64,000 nt of DNA, taken from a virus. Below are positions 20,001-30,034 of this stretch, one piece after another. The notes beneath the pieces were generated by a model. That model worked only from the letters and a program-made list of their open reading frames with translations. It was not told the origin of the DNA and did no database searches. Positions within the stretch are counted from its first letter, which is position 1. Every line of letters begins with the position of its first letter. The stretch lies in the IMG/VR virus record IMGVR_UViG_3300009709_000003, positions 32,001-96,000 of that record; one strand, 5' to 3'. The position numbers and the translations under genes are program-made.

Positions 20001-20232
20001 AGTCTCTGAGTACCTGGTATTGCCTGTTGAAATTAAACAGGGTCTTAATGTTCAAAAAAGACGGAGAAGAAACAAATTCAATAACATTTGGTGCAGGCTG
20101 CTGCAGAAAAGTTAACTCTTCTTCGTTTGCAACTTTAGCTTGCTCCTTGTTTTCTACCAATCCTTCAACGATTGTTGATATGGATGACATGAAGTTATTG
20201 TCATCGGTAGTTTTAGGAGGTTTACGTTTCAT
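17011..20232 (-). CDS. terL: Terminase large subunit containing an intein
   Basis: Spliced Walker A GMR/SGKT, Walker B AMIDE, ISSP, nuclease FDAG..FDAF, FDHWQS, SDD. Confidence 0.9.
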   Translation of the reverse strand: MKRKPPKTTDDNNFMSSISTIVEGLVENKEQAKVANEEELTFLQQPAPNVIEFVSSPSFLNIKTLFNFNRQYQVLRDFFGLYCPICNSMKPEATDAWGKSKETLQSEVLLVWSNTYNDDVCPKCSTTRAELVQDKLIHEYNHLHAIVGMRCVPGDTRVVTNNGLVRIKDLWKGDLHKDTFQSINECVLGEHGYELASDVYCAGTADTLKITLVKGLTVEGSHIHPVQAIKAGKFGWYKLNELTIGDKIKCTANYWPSIAKDTPINAELVKTCESRMNYESKYVIPKIWSEDLATLLGYFTSEGQCDREYGIRFTNGDEETLQHFSDTCARVFGKVPVSYTDDGITVDLNGIGIRELLNGLGLERHNAHVKRVPQSIWMLNKEYVTAYLRSYFEGDGTAAIEKSGFNKAAVAAYTVSLSLAQDLQQLLWALGVKASISKTKSRKFRSQEKFAHNSYSIRIYGENILRFSKLIGFNSARKKSALAACVDKVLSTGKYTKTDDNFEFLKIKKIEMGTTQNLFDLHVPGTHSFMAGSIVNHNSGKTVTAAQIGNYIEHRLVNIALRQPSRNLADYFGLLPEGAFEMTFIASSETQSADTIWTIYRNLRDASPWFKRYVGWIKEQEAIQEHKPGMEKWKYLETGKEIRNDYFNLKLNSKNSNSAGLAGRTRIAAMIDELCRFQQSEGASLGAEEAFRVMDNSLRTVRSAVKNHKLISWLGLNMTISSPISVDDYGMTLLERAKTTPSMYAIHKATWEWNPNEKIEYFKEAMENDPVGTMRDFGARPPLAANPLITNVDIFNEKAIDPELKPSAEIVTMPFTDKIGTPYFRAMMTSCEFRRDVPRFVVFDAGQMFDAFTGAAAHVELVQNPDGTTDFVTVFDWIMRVLPNSTTQVWFDSAEQIIEEMLKYQKIAKVEFDHWQSVGMIQHIRNLGVQADTKTIKADDFVKFVADTNMNKVRMLPKNPDDDDLEPPMKSPQAVALYEISKLERSMDGSKIYNANKGKKRGYNSDDCARVVVHVHKLVQESQVIPQGAKARSKESRLKSEMLSAQNYTSNQLGRVFHPRNTFNLGKGGTRRW
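18619..19782 (-). mobile_element. 388-aa intein with LAGLIDADG homing endonuclease in the TerL Walker A motif
   Basis: Starts at Cys151 (CVPGDT), block B GSHIHP, LLGYFTSEG and YLRSYFEGDG, ends FDLHVPGTHSF..NHN followed by Ser+1. Confidence 0.92.
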
Positions 20233-20567
20233 GGCTTTTTGGTTGGCATCTGGCTGGTCAAAACCAAACCAGCTTGAGCGGCCCTAAGACGTTGAACAGC
20301 ACTCTGGTAAGACTGCACCATAGATGCGGGAACTGTATCTACTACTGAGGCCCAACGAACGTGAATGGTATCACATGGAAAACTGTGTACAGGTGCCAAT
20401 TGAAGCGTCACAGACCCATTGTTTTCCACACGCTCTAAAAGCATAAATGGATTTGAGAGTTTAATGACTTCGGGAAGGCCAAGATCGAAAGCTTCCCCAA
20501 TCAACTGACGACCGGCAATATCAACAACCAAGAAAACTTTTGTCTGCGCGGAATATCCTTCGAGCAT
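20229..20567 (-). CDS. Hypothetical protein (possibly Sm-like fold)
   Basis: 112 aa overlapping the terL start. Confidence 0.55.
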   Translation of the reverse strand: MLEGYSAQTKVFLVVDIAGRQLIGEAFDLGLPEVIKLSNPFMLLERVENNGSVTLQLAPVHSFPCDTIHVRWASVVDTVPASMVQSYQSAVQRLRAAQAGLVLTSQMPTKKP

Positions 20568-20584
20568 TCAACTATCCAACTTTC

Positions 20585-21877
20585 TTATTCATCATCCACA
20601 AGGTGTGAAAATTGTGGGTATAATCTATGAATGGTATCGCAAATATCTATTTTACCGTATCCTGCAGCTTTCAACGCCTTAATCTCGTGGATTACTTGCT
20701 CTTCTTGCACTGCAGCCGATTTCAAAAAATTAGCAGGAATTACTGCAGCAAGACCCAAATCTTGAAATTCAACAAAGATCTGCGTGCCGTCGCCATGCAT
20801 ATCACGAACAACTTCACCGGTCTCTCCTTTAGGAAGAACCAAGAAAGTGCCACCACGTTCGCGCACTTCGCAATCGCTAGACAACTTGACTTCGTCACCA
20901 GTATGAAACCACTTACTTTGATCACGTTCCATGGTGTCGAGCATGCTGTCTGGCATAGTGTTTTGACTGGGGTCCGTAAAGGCTACTGCCTCGTCTATAT
21001 TGACGCGCTTACGAGTTTCTTTCTTGTCCTTGATCATTTGCGACTGTTTTGTGTTCCACAAAAGAGGCCGACCTAAAACATGTTTTTCAGGTGCTTGTTT
21101 ACCTGGTTGTGGACCAACCGGCGCTTGCGGTGGTGCATATTGATGCACATTTTGTGTTGGCTCAGCAGGTTTAGCGGGGGTTGGTTTCTCAGGCGTTTTT
21201 TCCTTCGCAAAATCGTGCCAATACATAGGACGACGACGAGTATTACCCATAGAAGAAGGAGCTACGAATCCAGCAGCCTCTTTAGAATATTGACGATGAA
21301 AAGTAAGAGGATTACGCGCACCAGGACTAAACATGTGCTCCAAATTAGTGATGGGACGACGAGTCTCTTCACGTTGCTCCCCAAAAGGAGGAGTGAACAT
21401 GCGATAGTTCTTAACGTTCTTCTGCAAGGTGCCGTTCTTGACCACAAGGTCTAGCGACGTCTGACAAGTTACATAAGGAGAACCGTTCCAGAAAAATAGA
21501 GCAGGTTCAAGAGTTCCACCTTTACGGATGTTAATAGGAAATTCGATTTCCGTTTTATTACCCATAACCGTTCGAATGGTTGCGCCAATGCGAACAATAC
21601 CCTCTTGTACTTTGCCGTCCGAAGTGGCGGTCTTGACAAGACCCAAAAAAGCCAATTTTGGTTTGCCTGGCAGGTTAAATTGGGCTAGGTGTGCAGCTAC
21701 TTCAGCCATAGCTCTTTGTTGAACAGTCATGCCTGTCGTAACTTTGGTGTTGTCGGACAGATCAAAGCGAATGGCTGCGGTTCGGCTCGATCCCTCAGAT
21801 AGTACATCTCGAATAGCGTCACGTGACGGTTTTTGGGACGCACTGGCAGCTTTAAATTTCTTGTAGGTTTCGCTCAT
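20585..21877 (-). CDS. Putative internal head protein
   Basis: 430 aa in head block; repeated K/R-x-A motifs. Confidence 0.55.
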   Translation of the reverse strand: MSETYKKFKAASASQKPSRDAIRDVLSEGSSRTAAIRFDLSDNTKVTTGMTVQQRAMAEVAAHLAQFNLPGKPKLAFLGLVKTATSDGKVQEGIVRIGATIRTVMGNKTEIEFPINIRKGGTLEPALFFWNGSPYVTCQTSLDLVVKNGTLQKNVKNYRMFTPPFGEQREETRRPITNLEHMFSPGARNPLTFHRQYSKEAAGFVAPSSMGNTRRRPMYWHDFAKEKTPEKPTPAKPAEPTQNVHQYAPPQAPVGPQPGKQAPEKHVLGRPLLWNTKQSQMIKDKKETRKRVNIDEAVAFTDPSQNTMPDSMLDTMERDQSKWFHTGDEVKLSSDCEVRERGGTFLVLPKGETGEVVRDMHGDGTQIFVEFQDLGLAAVIPANFLKSAAVQEEQVIHEIKALKAAGYGKIDICDTIHRLYPQFSHLVDDE

Positions 21878-21889
21878 GGCTACTATTCC

Positions 21890-23611
21890 TTAGCGGTAAA
21901 CAAATAGTTCTGAGTCTAACAACTCAGCGTTAGCTACTCGTCCTGTACTTACCAATAGGTCAGATAATTCTTGTTTAAACTTGGTCGTGAACATAACTTC
22001 ACGTAGAGGCTCTTCGTCTGCTTCTTCGAACCCTAAAGAATCTATCCAATTTGAAATTAGATCGTTAGATACAATGGCTTCAGATAGGGTGTTGTCCCCA
22101 TTCGATGGGTCGGACCACTCCGGTGGGTATTTATCAAATAGGGTCAAAGTAGATTGCAGTGTTTTGGCGGTATCAATTTCGGCTGTTTTCTGCCCAGCCC
22201 TCACGGCTGGGCCTTCATACTCGTCATAAGTATTTATATCGTACCCATAAGTTAGGTGGGCATTTTCTGGGTCCCAACCCATAGCCTGACCGCCTGGATT
22301 CAAGCCGCCACCAGCCGCGAGATCTGTATTATCTTCACCTTCCGCAGTGCCGGCATCTGGGAGATCATGGCTTTTAAAGCGCTCAAGGGGGTTTCTCTTG
22401 TCTATTTCACCAGGCTGCATCTTGTCGGTTTGGGGCTTAACTTTCCAGTTTTCTTGGGCCATTCGGTGGCCTTCCAGACTAGATTGTTTGTTATGTGCCC
22501 AGTCTGGATCTTTAATAAACTCTGGCTCTTCATTAAAGTGCTCGTTCAGCCCCTCTTTATCGGCCTCGGTGATAGTGCGCAACAAGTCATACGAGTTGCT
22601 ACCAGCTTCTTTATCCTCTTCTGCTGTTACGGGGGCTCTAGCGTCCAATCCGCCATCTTGGGTATGAATAAGTCGTTCAATCTCGTTTAAAGCTTCACGG
22701 TGCTGAATCGCAAATTTATGGTGTGGCAGCCAAGACATACCAGAAGCAGACCGCACTAGCCAAAGTGCCATCGAAGGAACAAACCCGAATTCATGTTGTC
22801 CATTTGTAAAAATTGTCATATCTGGGAGTTCAGACAGACTAGTATCATAAGTTGAAGCACGTTTGTTAGTACCAGGCACACTAACCGTGTCACCTATTTT
22901 AATCCTATGACTGGCACACCAACCACCAGCAACTTCGATAACATCCGTGCAGGCTGCTTGCCAAGACCCTGGAGCACGAGGTTTAATATTGGCAACAATT
23001 TTAACTACTTTACCGCGATCCGCAAATACGATGTCGATTGGGAACTTGACTTGCCCCATATGGAAAGATGCAACGCGTCTATCATGTTGGGGGAACCAAA
23101 GTCCAAACCCATCTCCGATGGAATCGTAGGCTTGTAAACCTGATGCTTGTTGTTTTGGTGTAGCCGCTACATCACATACCACTTTGTGACCACCAATAGT
23201 GATCTCGGCATTAGCGTGTTCAGATCGCACCCAATGTGAAGCAGACAATTTAAAATATGGCTTCTTGTTAGGTTGTGTGGTCTGGTTTTTGACCTTCCCG
23301 AGTTGAGTGGACAAACCGGGCATTTGTTGCTCGATTTTATTTTTAACATCCAACATTTGGTCAGGTTTCGGTTGACGGACTTTTTTGGGTTTTGTCAGTT
23401 GTGTGTTTGATTGTTGGCTGGTTCTACGATGCGACTCCCCATAATTCATGCCATCCGGTGTAGCGGCCACTGTCATGCCTATTTGCTTCTTATCGTCGGA
23501 TTTAGTGATGCGAACCAGCATGGATTTAAAACCATTTTGCTCCACATGCTTTACGACGGTACCCTCTCTACCGTCTCCTAACTTTACGTGCTCACCAACT
23601 CCGTACGACAT
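21890..23611 (-). CDS. Modular head-associated protein containing a DUF192-like domain
   Basis: AATPKQQASGL...SFHMGQVKFPIDIVF...VIEVAGGW...IKIGD. Confidence 0.65.
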   Translation of the reverse strand: MSYGVGEHVKLGDGREGTVVKHVEQNGFKSMLVRITKSDDKKQIGMTVAATPDGMNYGESHRRTSQQSNTQLTKPKKVRQPKPDQMLDVKNKIEQQMPGLSTQLGKVKNQTTQPNKKPYFKLSASHWVRSEHANAEITIGGHKVVCDVAATPKQQASGLQAYDSIGDGFGLWFPQHDRRVASFHMGQVKFPIDIVFADRGKVVKIVANIKPRAPGSWQAACTDVIEVAGGWCASHRIKIGDTVSVPGTNKRASTYDTSLSELPDMTIFTNGQHEFGFVPSMALWLVRSASGMSWLPHHKFAIQHREALNEIERLIHTQDGGLDARAPVTAEEDKEAGSNSYDLLRTITEADKEGLNEHFNEEPEFIKDPDWAHNKQSSLEGHRMAQENWKVKPQTDKMQPGEIDKRNPLERFKSHDLPDAGTAEGEDNTDLAAGGGLNPGGQAMGWDPENAHLTYGYDINTYDEYEGPAVRAGQKTAEIDTAKTLQSTLTLFDKYPPEWSDPSNGDNTLSEAIVSNDLISNWIDSLGFEEADEEPLREVMFTTKFKQELSDLLVSTGRVANAELLDSELFVYR

Positions 23612-23621
23612 AGCTTATTCC

Positions 23622-24410
23622 TTAGTTCAAGGGCGCGATGAACTTAAACTCATCGCTTGTTTTCTTCATGGCGTTCTTGGCTTCACCTAATATGATGTCA
23701 ACCATACGCTGTTTAGTCATATGGTCATAATTATCCACAATGGTTTGTGGCACCCCAGCTCGCTGCAACTGAGAACGAAAATTCATATACTCGGATGACA
23801 ACTTGTTAACCATTTCAGTGGTAAACACTTCTATGATATATTTAGTTGCCGCCAAAATCATCTGCTCAGAGGAACGCAGTTTACTGAGGTCAACAATTAT
23901 ACTTCGTAGAGTATTTGCAGCCTGTAAAAAAGTTTGCATTTTTTGTGGGCTCCAAGGAATAGGTTGCCCAGTAAATTCATCCTTTGTCTCCACAAAGGAA
24001 TTATCAATGATGGCCTTACTTCTACCGTAAAGATCCCACAGTTCGGTAAGGTCAGATTTTTCAGAAGTGTCCAAAGGAGAATTTAGTATGGATTTATTTG
24101 GGATTTTTGTTAGAGTTGGATTAGAAGCTAAAGCAGCTTTACGCGCTTGTTGAATAAGCGCAATTTTGTCATTCTCTTCAGGAGACATGTGATTTTTAAA
24201 ATGATGCCAAATAGTTTTAGCTCTAGGCGGTTTGACATCTGGATGTGATTGTGCCAGCATGTTGGCTAACAGCGCAGCTGCACCGCGATACGTTTCGCCT
24301 TGCATAATTAAGCCATACACCAAACCATACAATTTTGGGTTCTTATCCGCCCACTTGCACATACGGCAACGAGCACTGTGCGGGTCTGTATCATTCGGCG
24401 TGCTTGTCAT
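23622..24410 (-). CDS. Helical protein with CxxC...H..H motif (terminase small subunit candidate)
   Basis: CRMC...IWHHFKNH followed by helical region; upstream of terL. Confidence 0.4.
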   Translation of the reverse strand: MTSTPNDTDPHSARCRMCKWADKNPKLYGLVYGLIMQGETYRGAAALLANMLAQSHPDVKPPRAKTIWHHFKNHMSPEENDKIALIQQARKAALASNPTLTKIPNKSILNSPLDTSEKSDLTELWDLYGRSKAIIDNSFVETKDEFTGQPIPWSPQKMQTFLQAANTLRSIIVDLSKLRSSEQMILAATKYIIEVFTTEMVNKLSSEYMNFRSQLQRAGVPQTIVDNYDHMTKQRMVDIILGEAKNAMKKTSDEFKFIAPLN

Positions 24411-24705
24411 ATATCATCCTGATTAGTTTATCTAAATGTATAGTATTACCCGCATTATCAATGGCTCTAAGGGCGATACGGCCAGTGCGCATATATGTCA
24501 TTATGTCTTTGTTGCGATTTAATGTACGATATGCGTCTTCAATGGATTTAAAATGATGTAATACATCATACACTGTGCCACGTTTTAAACAAATGGCAAA
24601 AAGTGGTCCAGGTCTTTGTAGAAAACTGAAAATTGGATTGCGGTATGGACTATCAACCGTGATATTCAAGTCCATAGTGGACTGGTTGACAATACAATAC
24701 CGCAT
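24391..24705 (-). CDS. Hypothetical protein
   Basis: 104 aa in operon. Confidence 0.5.
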   Translation of the reverse strand: MRYCIVNQSTMDLNITVDSPYRNPIFSFLQRPGPLFAICLKRGTVYDVLHHFKSIEDAYRTLNRNKDIMTYMRTGRIALRAIDNAGNTIHLDKLIRMIYDKHAE

Positions 24706-24708
24706 ACA

Positions 24709-27135
24709 TCATAGTCCGGTCAAGGGCTGGGGATCGTTACCAGTGTACTGCATAGTAATAACACCACGCGACTCAGATGAGCGTACTTTTACAGTAGCAA
24801 CGCCCGCATCCAAGTCCATGAAAGTCAACTTGGGCTTGCCAAGAATGCCGAAATCGTGGTAGTATTTATCGCTTTCAAGACCCTTAATGAAAGAAATGAT
24901 TTGATGTTTCACTCCGCCATCAGAGAAATTCTTAAAATGTTCTGGATCCCAAGCCACATCTAGCATGAGGTATCCATTATCCTCGGACGAGGTAGTGGAG
25001 TACATACGCGTCACGTGCATTCTAGTGCGCGTTTTAGATGGAGGCATGCCATTGTCTTTATGGTCATAGTCCTTGCGATCATCCTTAGAAGGCGTGTTAT
25101 ATGCCATAGGACGATTGACAGGGGCTGCCTGTTTTGTAGCACCAGTCATCTCAAATGCGCCATGCCCCATAGCTTCCAAGAAAGCTGGCACACCGCCATC
25201 ATAATAACGGTCAATTGCGTCCGTTAGTTCGCCAGGGGAGGCATGTTCAATACTCTCCTCAGAACCCGGCTCAAATACATCCATGCACCATGCGCGAGCT
25301 TCCTCGATCAAATCTTCTGGAATGCGTTGTGCGACTTTGTTTGCTTCCATGTCACTTTTTGACTTCGGTTGCTGCTGCTTCAAATCTTTACGCTGTGAGT
25401 GCATAGAACCTCGCAATAATCTCATGACCCGGTCAAGAGTCTGTCTCGACTCAGTCATGGCAACTGCGAGTGCATCAGTCTTGTCCATTTCACTAAATGC
25501 CATCACTTGCTTGGGGTGCCGTTGCAACCAATCCAACAAAGATGCTGAGATAGTGTCCGCAACAGATGCATCAGTGGCTGCCTGAGCAATCGCCCACTCC
25601 GCCAAGGAACGAATATCCATCGCTGTCTTAGCCGAGCCACCCTTCATGTGTTTGAACATTTCCACTTGCTGGAGACGGTGCTTAGCTTCTTCTTCCGTGT
25701 CGTAGCAACCACCATTCCAATCGGGGTTGTGTTCACTTTTAACGCAGTACTTACCTTTTTCCTTAACAATCTTAGCAAATTTTTGCGCCGATTCTTTACG
25801 ATTATTCAAAGATCGTGGGATATTGCGAGTCCATTGTTTCCCATATGAACCAAAATATTTAGTCCAATAATCCTTAGTGGCCTTATCTACAGCCATCTTA
25901 TCAAGGCTTGCAGTAAATTCCATTTCGGCTTCGGCAGTACAACCATTGTGCTTATCCAAAATGGAGTTGGCGGTATCAAGGACAATATCCTTAGATGCAG
26001 CCATGTGGAAACCGTACTCCTGTACATTGACAGGACCATTTGTACCAGCCAACATAACCATCGGCAGATCAGCAGCTGCATCCACCTGCACAAACCCACT
26101 GACCGGGGTTCCAGCAGATGTGTTGAGCGCGCCAGTACGGTCCATATACACTCGGTCTAGTTTATCGTCCTCGTCGCGTTTGTTAAGTTCAAATGACAAC
26201 TTAAGAACATTGCCACCTTCGGACATCTCGGTATGACCGGGAACCGCTGAGTATCCGGGGTTTGCCGCGTTAAAACGACCAAGAATCCAACGAGCGGCCT
26301 CTTCAAGATCGGCGGCTACGTCCGCTGTCTTATCGGTCTGCTGTACAAGAGGACTGACAGCCATTGGTCCGGTACCTTCCATTTCTTCAGAAGATAGACC
26401 ACGACTACGCTCCATGGTGTCTCCACCTTGAGGTTTTACGTCGGCGTCTGCCTTTTTCTTAGGCTCGTGATACTTAGCTTCCTCGTCCAAATCTTTCTGA
26501 CTAGGCTTTTTACCAGTACCACGACAAGATGGACATGAGGCAGGACCATGACCCTTTACTTCACCCATGCCACGACACATGGTACAATCTTCAGCAGTGG
26601 CTTCCTTTTCAAAAATCAAGCTTAGAACACGATCGCCACGACCGTCAACGTCCACCAGACGAGCATTTTTGACATTAGTGTCCGCCCACAACAACAGCTC
26701 GCTGTCTGTGGGTCGACGCTCGCGAAATTGCACATCATACACAAAGCGACTGGGACTAACTTGGTGTTCGGCAAGCTTGGTCAAATTTACAATACGACCA
26801 TTAGCCATTGCTTTACGAATGTCACTAGCATTTGCTTTAGTGGCAATCAAAAATTGCTCTGGCACGACATAAGTCTCACCGGGTTGAGTCTGAACTAGAT
26901 ACCCTTCATTATTTTTACCAGCGACAGAACCGGTATAACGCATTTGATGATGATTAAATACAACCCGGTCACCAAACTTAAATTTGGAGTCTTCAGGAAG
27001 TTCAACCTTTTCCGCCAAACGTTGCGTTGCCCAATCATCTAAATTCGATATAGAACTAAGATCTGAGGACTTAGGGGTAGCAGTTTGCTCTTCAGAAGCT
27101 AGCTTTGCAATAAAATAATCGTCGGTGAGTTCCAT
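24709..27135 (-). CDS. Large modular head protein (DnaJ-type zinc finger, shared modules)
   Basis: CTMCRGMG..CPSCRGTG; YWTKYFGSYGKQWTRNIP module; many K-x-A motifs. Confidence 0.6.
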   Translation of the reverse strand: MELTDDYFIAKLASEEQTATPKSSDLSSISNLDDWATQRLAEKVELPEDSKFKFGDRVVFNHHQMRYTGSVAGKNNEGYLVQTQPGETYVVPEQFLIATKANASDIRKAMANGRIVNLTKLAEHQVSPSRFVYDVQFRERRPTDSELLLWADTNVKNARLVDVDGRGDRVLSLIFEKEATAEDCTMCRGMGEVKGHGPASCPSCRGTGKKPSQKDLDEEAKYHEPKKKADADVKPQGGDTMERSRGLSSEEMEGTGPMAVSPLVQQTDKTADVAADLEEAARWILGRFNAANPGYSAVPGHTEMSEGGNVLKLSFELNKRDEDDKLDRVYMDRTGALNTSAGTPVSGFVQVDAAADLPMVMLAGTNGPVNVQEYGFHMAASKDIVLDTANSILDKHNGCTAEAEMEFTASLDKMAVDKATKDYWTKYFGSYGKQWTRNIPRSLNNRKESAQKFAKIVKEKGKYCVKSEHNPDWNGGCYDTEEEAKHRLQQVEMFKHMKGGSAKTAMDIRSLAEWAIAQAATDASVADTISASLLDWLQRHPKQVMAFSEMDKTDALAVAMTESRQTLDRVMRLLRGSMHSQRKDLKQQQPKSKSDMEANKVAQRIPEDLIEEARAWCMDVFEPGSEESIEHASPGELTDAIDRYYDGGVPAFLEAMGHGAFEMTGATKQAAPVNRPMAYNTPSKDDRKDYDHKDNGMPPSKTRTRMHVTRMYSTTSSEDNGYLMLDVAWDPEHFKNFSDGGVKHQIISFIKGLESDKYYHDFGILGKPKLTFMDLDAGVATVKVRSSESRGVITMQYTGNDPQPLTGL

Positions 27136-27217
27136 GAGATATCCTCTTAGTTGTTGGCGTAAACAGAGTCATGTGACCCGTTAATGTTCATGCTTTAGCA
27201 TTGGACGACGGTCCCCG

Positions 27218-29971
27218 TTACGCAATTGTTTCCATGTGTTGATCAGGAGCCAGTTCCTCTCCATACAATTCTTTTGCCTGTTCGGGAGTGAGGATATCAA
27301 CATGACCATCGTTCAACATCTCGTGTAGACTGTCCTCGTCTTCTCCAGGCTGCGTAAGAATCCATGCCTTAAATTTCTCCAATGCCTCTGCAGCACTAGA
27401 CGCTTTAACTTCTGCATCAACTTGGGGATCGGCATTAACAAGACCACCGATAATCCAATAAACCGATTTACCACCGTCTTGTTGCGCTGACTTGCTCACG
27501 GAATCCCATTTCTTCGTCTGCGCGTTATCGCGTCCAGACGAGTCTGGTTCAGTTGAGGTATCGGACAGCGAGACACCCTTTTGTTCAGTCGCAGGATGTT
27601 GAGCCTTGGGCTTACCTGCACCGAAATTGCCGGGGTCTTTGCTCTCCGTACCAGGTTCAGTAGAAGTGTTCGAGAAATTACCTTGCGGCTTAACTTGATT
27701 ATTGATCTTGGGTTGTTTAAAACCTTCGTCACTAGTGGTGTCTTTTCCAAGTACGCCCTTTGCAACGCTGACTGCATCGGGCTGTTGGTTGTTAACTTTG
27801 GGATCCATCGCAGACGCTTGATGGATCTTACTTGCGTCAATCGTCCACACGCGGCAAGCAATGGGAAGTACTGCTTCAGGCGAGAACTCGTCTTTGTACT
27901 CTTTTTTAAACTGTGCAATAGCAGAAACCGGATCCATGCCTTGCGACCTATAATACATCAAAGCGGCTTGAATGACTTGAATGTCGCTCCAGCCAAATTG
28001 TTCTTCAGGTTGCATTTGCACGCCCATTTCGTCAGCAAGACCTTCTGCAGGCTCTTCCAACGGACCACCACCTTCCGGCATAGGACCGTCTGATTCCATG
28101 GGTGCTTCCTCAGAACCAAATTGAATCTGTGCAAATTGTTTGTGTTGTGGCATGTTGCGAAGTTCATCAAGATCGGTCTCGATGTCTCGAACAATATCCA
28201 TCTCTTTTTTCTCTTCTGCAGGGTCGTCCATATGTTCGTCATCAGCAATCTGATGGAAACCCGCATTAACCAACTTATCCCAAGTGTTTGCTAAAGCCTC
28301 TTGGTCATCAGCTGCTACGATAATATGGCGCTGCTCAGCCAATTTGTGACTGGCCACACGTGAAGCAGGAGCGGCCAAAGTAAAAATCTTCACTTCGCTC
28401 ACCTGACTGTCTTCTAGAGCTGCAGTCACATAATCTGGGTCGATATTAGACGCACACTTACCACAATGCAGATGCTCCGCATCTTTAGGCATAGTGTAAA
28501 CGTTAGCATGGTCACAAGATGGACACCCAACTTTCAAACCAGCTTCGACGGTAAACACCGCTGGAGGGGGCGTTGATTGCACCAAGTAGATGTAATCATT
28601 GATGGCCCCATCCATGTTGCGCATGGAATACTTCCGAGGAGTCTTGCCATTGCTAAGCACAACGTTATTATCGGCATCCACAAAAAGTTTATAGCTGTCA
28701 AACGAGACGGACGAGCCGTTCAACAATTGTTGCTCAATGCTGGATGCTTTCAAGATTTGAGCCGCGTCAGGCAATTTCAATGCATCCTCTTGTTGTTCAT
28801 TAACGTCAGGATCTTTAGGCCCAGCCGCCATCTCGCCCAAACGTGAGCCATGCTTCCCATCACCGTCAGAATCAAGCATGTGATCAGTGATAAAGATATC
28901 CCAACCACCTGGATAATAGTCGTTGACGGCATCGACAATTTCGGCGTCCTGCATATCTTCATGAAAGAATGCGAGATTGTTTTCACGCAGCCAGTCAAAA
29001 GCTGCCTCGATCATCATCTGGTCGTCCATCTGTGGTTTCATACGCTGGGCGGTAGGCATCATCCCAGTACCAGCCACCCCAGTGTTAAGTTTGGGGTCTG
29101 GGGTCTGATTGTTGGGTTGTTGCACCTGTTGATCCGGTGGCACCGCCTGTTGAGTCTGGGGAGGCTTTGGCACATTCAGAGCATTCAAAGATTGAGCGTC
29201 CATAGGCTGTTGTGAAGGCATGCCATTCGGCAAAGCTTGTGAGATCCGGCTTGCCACTCGTTTCTCAATGGTGTCGTTTTCAACTTCAGCCGTGCTACCA
29301 AGTGTGCCTCCAGCGTTGGGGTCATTGGCTTGCGGAGTAGAAGACACCGAAGCACGTTGAACCAAATCGCGAATAAAAGCACGAGCGCGCACGGCTTGCA
29401 AGTCAGACCCACCCAAACGATGGTGCTCAATCAGAGCATTATAGTCTTCTTGAGACTTAATGTCACGAGCAATGCGGGTAAGATGAGCAACAGGCAAATT
29501 GTTAAAAGACACTTTACTAAGAACGGATGACACCACTTTATGGATACTAGATTGCTTGTTTCCACCAGTGTAGTGATTCAAGAGCTGATTAAGATACCCA
29601 TATGAAATAGTGTCGGTGGGTGCTTCATACCACAACTTTTGCAAATGGGTAGCGAAACGCTTCAAGGTAGCATCTTTCGGATTTTCACGTGACGCATTCT
29701 TTACGCCTTCAAACAGATCAAAACGCGTGGTAATGGCGGTGTCACTTTCCAATTCGGCCTTGGTATGCAAGGCATCTGCTTTTTTACGTGCTGCAGCCAT
29801 AAACGGCAGATTAGCAGCAACTTCATGTCGCTGACGTTCCTCTTCTTGTTGCTCTTGAAGCTTAGCATGGCGTTCAAGCAATTTGTCGGCGTTCTGAGAC
29901 AGCGGGCCATCTCCTGAAACGTCTGCGACTTTTTGTTTGATAAACGAACCGAGGGCTTTCTTGGTCTGCAT
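27218..29971 (-). CDS. Large modular head protein
   Basis: 917 aa; CPSC..CGKC zinc ribbon; low-complexity linkers; K/R-x-A motifs. Confidence 0.6.
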   Translation of the reverse strand: MQTKKALGSFIKQKVADVSGDGPLSQNADKLLERHAKLQEQQEEERQRHEVAANLPFMAAARKKADALHTKAELESDTAITTRFDLFEGVKNASRENPKDATLKRFATHLQKLWYEAPTDTISYGYLNQLLNHYTGGNKQSSIHKVVSSVLSKVSFNNLPVAHLTRIARDIKSQEDYNALIEHHRLGGSDLQAVRARAFIRDLVQRASVSSTPQANDPNAGGTLGSTAEVENDTIEKRVASRISQALPNGMPSQQPMDAQSLNALNVPKPPQTQQAVPPDQQVQQPNNQTPDPKLNTGVAGTGMMPTAQRMKPQMDDQMMIEAAFDWLRENNLAFFHEDMQDAEIVDAVNDYYPGGWDIFITDHMLDSDGDGKHGSRLGEMAAGPKDPDVNEQQEDALKLPDAAQILKASSIEQQLLNGSSVSFDSYKLFVDADNNVVLSNGKTPRKYSMRNMDGAINDYIYLVQSTPPPAVFTVEAGLKVGCPSCDHANVYTMPKDAEHLHCGKCASNIDPDYVTAALEDSQVSEVKIFTLAAPASRVASHKLAEQRHIIVAADDQEALANTWDKLVNAGFHQIADDEHMDDPAEEKKEMDIVRDIETDLDELRNMPQHKQFAQIQFGSEEAPMESDGPMPEGGGPLEEPAEGLADEMGVQMQPEEQFGWSDIQVIQAALMYYRSQGMDPVSAIAQFKKEYKDEFSPEAVLPIACRVWTIDASKIHQASAMDPKVNNQQPDAVSVAKGVLGKDTTSDEGFKQPKINNQVKPQGNFSNTSTEPGTESKDPGNFGAGKPKAQHPATEQKGVSLSDTSTEPDSSGRDNAQTKKWDSVSKSAQQDGGKSVYWIIGGLVNADPQVDAEVKASSAAEALEKFKAWILTQPGEDEDSLHEMLNDGHVDILTPEQAKELYGEELAPDQHMETIA

Positions 29972-30034
29972 TGTTATACCTTATACGCACGTGCTTGCAC
30001 ACTATTATAAATAAAGCACACCTTGGGTAATCGA

